This document shows positions 7,175 through 13,196 of a DNA stretch of 13,399 nucleotides, one piece after another. Numbering within the stretch: position 1 is the stretch's first letter; every line of letters begins with the position of its first letter. The DNA is from a virus. The notes beneath the pieces are model-generated. The model did not search any database. It saw nothing but the letters and a program-made list of their open reading frames with translations, and had not been told where the DNA came from. The position numbers and the translations under genes were made by a program. The stretch covers positions 1 to 13,399 of the IMG/VR virus record IMGVR_UViG_3300045988_069437; one strand, written 5' to 3'.

Positions 7175-7831
7175 TTATTTTCTTCCTTTCTTTAAATAAA
7201 TTAGAATGACGTGTGCAACGTTGCGGCTGGAACACACCTGCCGGCGCTCGTGGTCAAGGTAGACCTGAGAACTGCCGCCACAGTCAAGCATAACAGCATC
7301 TTGCCAACCGTAGCTTTGAAGTAGCTGTGCAAGCTGTTCCGGCGTTTTCCTTGCTCGTGATCCGTCCTTAGAAGCATAAAGACACAAACGCTTCTGACCG
7401 TTAACATACTTAGTGCCGATAGCAGTTCTTCCACGCCTGCCGCCCTGTGCAACGTTGTAGATTGGCTTCTTGATTGCTTTCCCATCCATCAGGATATGAC
7501 TGCAAGCAATGTAATTTTCCCATGCTTGATTGGGGACTAAATCAAAGTGAAAACTATTTGCGTTGTAGTTGTCCCAGAGATAGCCACGATACAGATATTT
7601 CCCATGGTACAGCGTTACACCGTTCCGGCGTAGAGGGCAAACCGGGTTGCCATTCATCATATTATATAAGGTTCCGTTGATTGCGTAGTCTGCGCCGGTT
7701 TCGCTGATAATGGCAGATAGAGATTTCCGCTTTCGTGTTCGTGGGTTTGGTTTGTTCAGGTAAATTTCAATTCTTTCAATGTCATCCAATGGAATTGAAA
7801 CTGCTACCTCATTCTCTTTCTTCGCTGACAT
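7175..7831 (-). CDS. Phosphodiester glycosidase (NAGPA / DUF2233) family protein in the endolysin position
   Basis: The ATG at 7831 has GAAGGAG 10 nt upstream. The ORF-track start at 7840 is a GTG only 1 nt from that RBS. The product is 218 aa. Family-like motifs are GADYAINGT, GRTAIGT and AVMLDCGGSSQ (the family consensus is roughly AINGGFF / RTAIG / LDGGGSS). It has no signal peptide or TM segment and overlaps the holin 3' end by 23 nt. Confidence 0.65.
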   Translation of the reverse strand: MSAKKENEVAVSIPLDDIERIEIYLNKPNPRTRKRKSLSAIISETGADYAINGTLYNMMNGNPVCPLRRNGVTLYHGKYLYRGYLWDNYNANSFHFDLVPNQAWENYIACSHILMDGKAIKKPIYNVAQGGRRGRTAIGTKYVNGQKRLCLYASKDGSRARKTPEQLAQLLQSYGWQDAVMLDCGGSSQVYLDHERRQVCSSRNVAHVILIYLKKGRK

Positions 7832-8033
7832 GGCCGACACGCTCCTTCAACAGCGACACGACCTCTTTGAGATCTCGCAGTGCTTCGGTGTTCTCCTTGA
7901 CTACTTCCGTCCAGCGCTCACTTTCTGCCGCGTGGCTTTCGCGCTCCTTGTTCTGCATCCAGAACATGACACCCACGCAAACGATCGGAAATCCCAGATT
8001 GCTTACAAGCTGACTAATAGTAGAAACGTCCAT
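7809..8033 (-). CDS. Holin, BhlA/UviB-like (single N-terminal TM plus a charged coiled C-terminus)
   Basis: MDVSTISQLVSNLGFPIVCVGVMFWMQNKERES..., followed by a charged helical tail, resembles BhlA-family holins (M.D......L...GP......F......KERES). There are two in-frame ATGs (8039 and 8033, MYM). The RBS AGAAGG is 1 nt from the first ATG and 7 nt from the second, so 8033 is preferred. Confidence 0.68.
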   Translation of the reverse strand: MDVSTISQLVSNLGFPIVCVGVMFWMQNKERESHAAESERWTEVVKENTEALRDLKEVVSLLKERVGHVSEERE

Positions 8034-8053
8034 ATACATTCCTTCTGCCGGAT

Positions 8054-8059
8054 ATTATA
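8054..8059 (-). promoter_or_regulatory. Candidate -10 box (TATAAT) of a late promoter lacking a recognisable -35
   Basis: A minus-strand TATAAT lies 14 nt upstream of the holin ATG at 8039. The hexamers 16-18 nt upstream (GCATGA, CGCATG, ACGCAT) are not -35-like. Confidence 0.25.
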
Positions 8060-8064
8060 ATAAT

Positions 8065-8135
8065 GAGCAAGGGCATCATGCGTTAGTCAGACGCGTGCAC
8101 CAGCTTCCGGCTGTGACTTTGTGCAACCCTTGCTC
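8065..8135 (-). other. Structured intergenic element (long-range inverted repeat enclosing nested hairpins) between the ATPase and holin genes
   Basis: GAGCAAGGG (8065-8073) and CCCTTGCTC (8127-8135) form a perfect 9-bp inverted repeat around 53 nt. The enclosed RNA can form CAGC-CGGAA-GCUG stacked on UGCAC/GUGCA. Alternative pairings are AGUCA/UGACU and GCGU/ACGC. An ACGCGT palindrome sits in the middle. Confidence 0.4.
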
Positions 8136-8150
8136 TGATATAAGAGTAGC

Positions 8151-9188
8151 TTATCTCAAATACTTTGTCAAGTAATGTTCCGCTAAGTATTCTTCAAAAG
8201 TTACCTTATTTTTCATGTACGCATCCCACAGCCAGCCATACATACGCTTGAAGCGCTGTATGTCTGCTTCACTGTCAGTGTAGCACGGCGGACTGCCGGA
8301 CTTGTGCAAGGAAACGTAATAGGTGCCGTCTGACTTGTGCCGATACACGCAGATTTTAGAGATTGCGCAAATAGGAATAAATTCCTTAATAGGTCTGCTC
8401 CGAATGTTTCCGAAATCGTTAAATGAAAATTTGTTATCCAGTGCCATTTCAGAAAAGCGTGTGCCCTCCGTAGCCTTATAAAGCACGGTGTTCCGCTTTT
8501 CGTCTGAAATGGGAGAGTGTTGAAGCATATAAAGACATATACCTCGCTTGTCATCTTGATAGACTTCTTTGCCCTTGGCTAACATCTCATTTGCTCGTTT
8601 GACCAGATTGAAACCTACAAACACCGGGTTTGCTACATCGTTAGCGTTGGCGAGACAGAGAAGCTGCACGGGCTTCCGTCCTTGCAGCTCTCTGTTACGG
8701 TTCACTGTCTCGTAGCAGTTCATAAGCGCTTCAAACTCGTTTTTAATTGGGCGCTCGTGGCGTTCCGGTATAAATTCGTCAAAAATCATCAAGTCAACGT
8801 CTGACGCATCAAACCCTCGAATATTCGAAAACGTTGATAAAGCGGCTGAATATCCCAATGGCTTACCCTGCTGTATCTGCTTGCCGTCCTCGTCTACCTT
8901 ATAAAAATAAAAGGCGCTGTTGTACTTCGTGACCGGCGAGGACGTTATTAAGAGGTTTTGATCCTCACATATTCGCTTGAATGGGGAAAACTCCGGTTTT
9001 GTAATAATGTCGGCCTGTGCCTGTGTTCGCCGGATCAACAAGAAAGTTCTTGGGACTTGGATAGATTCTAACAGACTGCCGTAAGTTTTGCCTGTGGCTC
9101 GCCCTCCAACCGCAAAGTTGAAGGGCAAGCCACGCTCAAGCAATCCGTGAACATCTAAATAGCCGCTATCAAGATATATGCGGCTCAT
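8151..9188 (-). CDS. DNA encapsidation (packaging) ATPase, phi29 gp16-like
   Basis: 345 aa (gp16 is ~332 aa). The Walker A motif is GGRATGKT near the N-terminus, and the Walker B motif is VDLMIFDEF. No nuclease-type terminase domain is apparent, which is consistent with protein-primed unit-length genome packaging. Confidence 0.85.
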   Translation of the reverse strand: MSRIYLDSGYLDVHGLLERGLPFNFAVGGRATGKTYGSLLESIQVPRTFLLIRRTQAQADIITKPEFSPFKRICEDQNLLITSSPVTKYNSAFYFYKVDEDGKQIQQGKPLGYSAALSTFSNIRGFDASDVDLMIFDEFIPERHERPIKNEFEALMNCYETVNRNRELQGRKPVQLLCLANANDVANPVFVGFNLVKRANEMLAKGKEVYQDDKRGICLYMLQHSPISDEKRNTVLYKATEGTRFSEMALDNKFSFNDFGNIRSRPIKEFIPICAISKICVYRHKSDGTYYVSLHKSGSPPCYTDSEADIQRFKRMYGWLWDAYMKNKVTFEEYLAEHYLTKYLR

Positions 9189-9191
9189 GGG

Positions 9192-9527
9192 TTACACCAA
9201 AGTGCAGGTAATGAAATCGCGGCCCGCCTTGCTCTGGCCGCTGATAACTTCGATGGTGTAATCATCGCCGTCCATCAGATCCGCGATGTTCATGAAATCG
9301 CGCTTGAAGGTGTCGCTGTTAGTAGCGCAGACGCCGCCGTCCTTGTCCATGACAGACAGCACCTCGACTTCCTTTCCGTCCTTGTTCACGTCCTTGTACA
9401 AGCAGTACGCGACCACATCGATCTGAACGCCGATGTAGTCCTTCATCTTCTTGATAGCCGGGTCAAGGGTCAGCTTGTAGCTTTCACGCTTGGTCAGTTC
9501 CTTGTTGCTCTTAATGATAGTAGCCAT
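9192..9527 (-). CDS. Single-stranded DNA-binding protein, phi29 p5-like
   Basis: 111 aa. VLSVMDKDGGVCATNSDTFKRDFMNIADLM...YTIEVISGQSKAGRDFITCTL parallels phi29 p5 ([30 protein letters not shown]...FKVKVVQGTSSKGNVFFSLQL, from memory). It lies next to the polymerase. The RBS AAAGGAG is 9 nt upstream. Confidence 0.6.
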   Translation of the reverse strand: MATIIKSNKELTKRESYKLTLDPAIKKMKDYIGVQIDVVAYCLYKDVNKDGKEVEVLSVMDKDGGVCATNSDTFKRDFMNIADLMDGDDYTIEVISGQSKAGRDFITCTLV

Positions 9528-9554
9528 AGTGATAATCTCCTTTAAAATTAAATG

Positions 9555-11579
9555 TTATTCGTATTCGTAACGAATTTCGGTTAGCAGCCGCTTATAATCA
9601 GCGGCGAGGCCCAATGTGCTGTGACGGAGACGGAGAGAGACATTAGATGTTATTCTAAGGGCGCGGCCCTCGGCCTGATACTCGCGGTACTCACCAACCG
9701 GCATATCATTATAGACTGCTTCCAGTCCGCCGGCTTCTTCAAAGGTGAAGCCCTCGTGAAATGCCGTGATACCTCCGTGTGCTTCAAGTTCTTCACCCCC
9801 TTTCTTTTTTGAAACTCCGGCAATGGTGCAGATCAGTTTACTGTCAGGTGTTTCGCGGTAAACGTATTTCTTCGCGCCCATCGTGCGAAACTCACACATA
9901 TCATGTTCTTGCTCGTAAACACCCATGTAGTGAGTTTCGCCGCTGGGATCGGTGGCAAACGCTCCACTTTTCCGACTGTCTTTCACTCGTGCATTGTTGA
10001 ATTTCTTCAAGTCGATCTCGCCTAAATACTTCACGCTGTCTGTGTCGCAGTAAACAAACTGCGGCGCGTTGGGATCATCTGGATCTCCATGGGCAAGCTG
10101 TATGCCTTCTTCCAGCCGGTAGCGTGCCCATGCCGTCACCCACACACCCCAATGATAAGCAAGAAATGCTTTCCTATTATGCGCAAGCAGCAGCCCTGCT
10201 TCATCCTCGTTCTGTTCCTCGAACATGTTGTTAATGAATAGGATGGACTGCTTTACCGGATCTTGTGCGCACATTCCATATAGGGAATTCAGCTTGTTCT
10301 TAGATTTCAGGTAAAGCAGCTCTTGCCCTTCTACGTTTTTCAGCTCTGTTTTATAGTGGTAGTATTGGCAGATCGTTTTTATGAGCGGCTTCGGCAAATA
10401 GCCATATCGCGCACACGCCACGTCAAAGAATTTGATATCAGTCCAGTCATACTCAGAAATCAAAATCTTGAGATCAATGTCTGTTATGGTGGTTTCTAAG
10501 TAGTCAGCGGAAATGATTCTGCCATTGTCCACCAGCGCGTTCTCTGTGTGTCGGCATTTCGATAGGCTCAAATATGGGCATCCCCAATCAATACGCCGCA
10601 AATGCGGCCCGGTCAAAGCTACACGCATGATGCAGGCTTTCTCGCGCACACCCAGCATCTTAATGACTTCTTCATAAGGCAGATCGCCCAGCCGGTAAAA
10701 TTCACTGATTGGAAATTTACAGTTGCACATAACATCAGGGTAGCTGCTGGATCTGTCGGCGCTGTGGACGTTGTGCAGCGTGTAATTGGTATAGTATCGG
10801 TTCGCGTGGGTGTTACCGCCCCGGAACGCTTCACGGAGCATCTTGTATATCTCATAGTCTGGCAGCTGTGACTTTACAAAGCTGTATGACACATCTGACA
10901 TTGCTTTCTTAGCATCACGGCGAACGTAGCCGGTTGACGTCAGAGGGAAAGTATAGATTGTGTCACCGTCATGCTCCATTTCTATCTGGATGGCTTCCAC
11001 AAGTCCCTGCACGTCATGCACGCAATATGCAAGCTCTGATTCGCTCAGTTCTGTCCATGGGTAACGGATCTTGTCATAGTCGAATGTGCCGGATAGCTTC
11101 GCGTGCTGAACACCCATTTTCTTGGTGTATGTATCCAGATTCATGTTGCTGTGGAGATAGGAACAGCGGAACTCGAAACAATCCCACATATCACACTTTA
11201 GGACTTTGCGAGATTTTACAGCAAATACATCTTCTTGCCGGAAGAAGTATATACCCTTCAAGAATTGAAATTCATATGATAGGTTATGCACGAATACAGG
11301 TAGAAACACGTCACCCAGAACGCTTCTCAGGTGATTCTGGAAATCTAAGAATTCTTCCCACGTCCGGCCTACAACAGTATAATTAGTGCCAAATTGCCAT
11401 TGCCAGATATACATGAAGGATTGTTCAATGTCTGGAAGTCTGGTTGTCTCAATGTCAAAGGCTGTTATCAGATCCTTGTATTTCCGTCTTTTCTTCGTGC
11501 GCTGGTTGCCTGGTTTACGCTTCACCAGAGGAATATCTGCAAGCCATTCATAAGGGAAATCCGCTGCACTGATAATCAT
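9555..11579 (-). CDS. Protein-primed family-B DNA polymerase (phi29 gp2-like)
   Basis: 674 aa. Exonuclease motifs: ExoI FDIETT, ExoII HNLSYEFQF, ExoIII YCVHDVQGL. Polymerase motifs: motif A DRSSSYP, motif B KSKNKLNSLYG, GVWVTAWARY (phi29 has GVFITAWARY), motif C YCDTDS, KxY GAKKYVY, and thumb IAGVSKK. Its ATG overlaps the upstream stop (ATGA at 11576-11579). Confidence 0.96.
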   Translation of the reverse strand: MIISAADFPYEWLADIPLVKRKPGNQRTKKRRKYKDLITAFDIETTRLPDIEQSFMYIWQWQFGTNYTVVGRTWEEFLDFQNHLRSVLGDVFLPVFVHNLSYEFQFLKGIYFFRQEDVFAVKSRKVLKCDMWDCFEFRCSYLHSNMNLDTYTKKMGVQHAKLSGTFDYDKIRYPWTELSESELAYCVHDVQGLVEAIQIEMEHDGDTIYTFPLTSTGYVRRDAKKAMSDVSYSFVKSQLPDYEIYKMLREAFRGGNTHANRYYTNYTLHNVHSADRSSSYPDVMCNCKFPISEFYRLGDLPYEEVIKMLGVREKACIMRVALTGPHLRRIDWGCPYLSLSKCRHTENALVDNGRIISADYLETTITDIDLKILISEYDWTDIKFFDVACARYGYLPKPLIKTICQYYHYKTELKNVEGQELLYLKSKNKLNSLYGMCAQDPVKQSILFINNMFEEQNEDEAGLLLAHNRKAFLAYHWGVWVTAWARYRLEEGIQLAHGDPDDPNAPQFVYCDTDSVKYLGEIDLKKFNNARVKDSRKSGAFATDPSGETHYMGVYEQEHDMCEFRTMGAKKYVYRETPDSKLICTIAGVSKKKGGEELEAHGGITAFHEGFTFEEAGGLEAVYNDMPVGEYREYQAEGRALRITSNVSLRLRHSTLGLAADYKRLLTEIRYEYE

Positions 11580-12235
11580 AAGAATTCTTTCAGATCCTTG
11601 TATAGATCATCGGAGCTTTTCTCAATGACGTTCCGCTCTTTCTTATGTGGCTTGTTCTTTTCATCCTGCCATGCCTCGAAATCGCGTAGTATCTGCGCTG
11701 TTTTGTCTTTGCGTTCGGCAGCTTTCTCAAAGGCTTCGCTATTCCTGATTGCCTCGTAAAAATCCAGAGCAACTGTGGATCCATAGCCGCGCATCATACC
11801 ATCTTTCCACTGCCGGAAAAACTCGCCCAGATCTATATAGTTAGATTCATTTACAAAGGTATAACCGTGCTTGTGGAAAGTCTTGATTGCTTTGTCTCTG
11901 GCTCTCTTAATACCTCTCAGCGTGCCGGTTCGCGCGGTCATCATCTTCGCGAGGTCTGCAAGCAGCAACTTCATTTCGTAGAGCTTCAACTCGGAGGATG
12001 GCTTATAACGATCCTTATTATAATAGTATGTCTTGCTGGCTCTGCCGATTTCACTTTCTTCAATACGCTTTAAGCGCTTCTGTGCGATTACGCGCAGGCG
12101 CTGGTATTCGTGCTTGATGTTTTCGGGTGTCCATACATCTGCGTGCCGGATCGCGTCCAGCGTGTAAAATTCCGGGGTTTCTTTTGGGTCAATCACTTCC
12201 CCGGTTTCCGGGTCTGCTATTCGGTAAAACTTCAT
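11576..12235 (-). CDS. Candidate terminal protein (replication primer)
   Basis: 219 aa, Lys/Arg/Glu-rich. It lies immediately upstream of the polymerase and is translationally coupled to it, as gp3-gp2 are in phi29. The RBS AAGGAG is 10 nt upstream of the ATG at 12235. The genome has ITRs and a protein-primed polymerase, so a terminal protein must exist, and this is the only candidate of suitable size. I recognise no convincing sequence motif. Confidence 0.5.
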   Translation of the reverse strand: MKFYRIADPETGEVIDPKETPEFYTLDAIRHADVWTPENIKHEYQRLRVIAQKRLKRIEESEIGRASKTYYYNKDRYKPSSELKLYEMKLLLADLAKMMTARTGTLRGIKRARDKAIKTFHKHGYTFVNESNYIDLGEFFRQWKDGMMRGYGSTVALDFYEAIRNSEAFEKAAERKDKTAQILRDFEAWQDEKNKPHKKERNVIEKSSDDLYKDLKEFL

Positions 12236-12350
12236 GCTTTGCTATCTCCTTTCGGAAAAGCTCACGGCACAGGGCAGAAGCGCTCATATCGTTCTGCGCT
12301 GCGATCTGTTCAATCTGGTGCTTCATCTCTGCCGTAACGGATAGTGTCAT
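12189..12350 (-). CDS. Ribbon-helix-helix (CopG/Arc-like) DNA-binding protein
   Basis: I place the start at ATG 12350, which forms an ATGA overlap with the upstream stop. The ORF-track start at 12386 would overlap the upstream gene by 40 nt. In the 53-aa product, MTLSVTAEMKHQIEQIAAQNDMSASALCRELFRKEIAK fits a beta-strand / helix A / helix B RHH pattern. The 3' tail overlaps the terminal-protein start by 47 nt. Confidence 0.6.
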   Translation of the reverse strand: MTLSVTAEMKHQIEQIAAQNDMSASALCRELFRKEIAKHEVLPNSRPGNRGSD

Positions 12351-12550
12351 GTGGGTACATTCCCCGTGCTTAAAACGACTTCGCATTGTTCTCTGGTCAG
12401 CTCCTTTCTAATAAGATTGATACGGAGATCAGGCTTTCTTTGCTTGGCGATTGCGATACATTTTAGCGCAACGCGCAGATCAGAAAACAGATACGTTGTC
12501 TTGGGCAGATACTTGTAATGAACTGTCACCAACCACATATTACTGCTCAT
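12347..12550 (-). CDS. Hypothetical early protein (67 aa)
   Basis: The ATG at 12550 is preceded by ACAGGAGGATCACTCT. It overlaps the upstream gene by 11 nt and is coupled to the downstream RHH gene. No recognisable motif. Confidence 0.6.
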   Translation of the reverse strand: MSSNMWLVTVHYKYLPKTTYLFSDLRVALKCIAIAKQRKPDLRINLIRKELTREQCEVVLSTGNVPT

Positions 12551-12737
12551 AGAGTGATCCTCCTGTATATTCCTCGCCTGTTAGCATTTCATACATTTTC
12601 TTTGCAGTACAGTATCTTGCCAAACTACGCCGAAACACCTCGCTATCCCATCCGTCACGGTCAAGCCAATAGCTCACTTTTTCCTCAAGATCATTGATAT
12701 AACGATTAGCCGTTTCTTTTCGTGAATGGTTATCCAT
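12540..12737 (-). CDS. Hypothetical early protein (65 aa)
   Basis: This is an internal ATG of the 112-aa track ORF (MDNHSRKE...), preceded by GGAAAGGAG with an 8-nt spacer. The track's ATG at 12878 has no RBS. The product is acidic and aromatic-rich, with no recognisable motif. Confidence 0.55.
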   Translation of the reverse strand: MDNHSRKETANRYINDLEEKVSYWLDRDGWDSEVFRRSLARYCTAKKMYEMLTGEEYTGGSLYEQ

Positions 12738-12906
12738 TGTAGAAGCTCCTTTCCAGCAGGCGCGATCCCTGCTCGTTATATTCCCAGATTTCAACATCGT
12801 ATCCACATCTGTGGAAACGAATGAAGCGTTCAAGGATCCAGCTGTAATCAGATGACCAGCAGCTGCGTTGTTCACCATGCTTAATGTAGATCAAGCGATA
12901 TCGCAT
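12730..12906 (-). CDS. Hypothetical early protein (58 aa), not in the supplied ORF track
   Basis: Hand translation of the minus strand gives GGAAGGAGGTGAACTAG-ATG, then MRYRLIYIKHGEQRSCWSSDYSWILERFIRFHRCGYDVEIWEYNEQGSRLLERSFYNG, then TAA. The RBS sits in the last codons of the upstream gene. The stop overlaps the next gene's ATG region (ACAATGGATAA). This ORF fills what would otherwise be a 174-nt gap. Confidence 0.55.
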   Translation of the reverse strand: MRYRLIYIKHGEQRSCWSSDYSWILERFIRFHRCGYDVEIWEYNEQGSRLLERSFYNG

Positions 12907-12911
12907 CTAGT

Positions 12912-13133
12912 TCACCTCCTTCCAATATAGCGCAATGCTAACTGTGTCATGCGGCGATCATCTTTCATGAGTAGCATTAGCGTATTCAATACTTTCCATT
13001 CGCCTTTAGCAATCGCAACTTCTTGATCAACCTCGCCGTATTTGTCACGCTTGCTTGTGTATAGGTCAAAAGAAATGCGTTCCCAATCTTCAACATGCTT
13101 CAAAAGTGCTTTATAACGGATTTCATCGTTCAT
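12912..13133 (-). CDS. Hypothetical early protein (73 aa), first gene of the genome
   Basis: The ATG at 13133 is preceded by GGAGAAAGGATAATTAA. It is the first ORF downstream of the candidate early promoter. No recognisable motif. Confidence 0.6.
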   Translation of the reverse strand: MNDEIRYKALLKHVEDWERISFDLYTSKRDKYGEVDQEVAIAKGEWKVLNTLMLLMKDDRRMTQLALRYIGRR

Positions 13134-13196
13134 TTAATTATCCTTTCTCCGTTCGGCTGTTGTGTTCTGTGCACTGCTCATTGTTTGATTGTCTAT

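Noticed and set aside
5549-7195. 548-aa open reading frame on the plus strand, the longest plus-strand ORF in the window
   Set aside because: It is an antisense shadow of the MCP and scaffold genes. It starts at a TTG with no RBS and is codon-aligned with both minus-strand genes. It stays open only because those genes contain no TTA, CTA or TCA codons, whose complements would be stops. Its RSRSRS/RNGGRC low-complexity tail is just the antisense of the PAPAPVPQ repeat. It is a codon-bias signature, not a gene.
7832-7840. GTG start at 7840 for the NAGPA-family gene, as given in the ORF track
   Set aside because: The GTG is only 1 nt from the GAAGGAG site, whereas the ATG at 7831 has a workable 10-nt spacing.
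8016-8081. 21-codon mini-ORF (MMPLLIIIISGRRNVYGRFYY) on the minus strand, starting in the ATPase-holin gap and running into the holin gene
   Set aside because: It has no RBS, runs across the TATAAT box and into the holin start region out of frame, and its composition reflects the A/T-rich spacer.
12351-12386. Upstream ATG at 12386 for the RHH gene
   Set aside because: It would add 12 non-RHH residues and a 40-nt overlap with the upstream gene. The ATG at 12350 forms an ATGA stop/start overlap and starts exactly at the predicted RHH beta-strand.
12738-12878. N-terminal 47 codons of the 112-aa track ORF
   Set aside because: There is no RBS before the ATG at 12878. The region is better explained by the strongly initiated 58-aa ORF in another frame plus an internal start with GGAAAGGAG at 12737.
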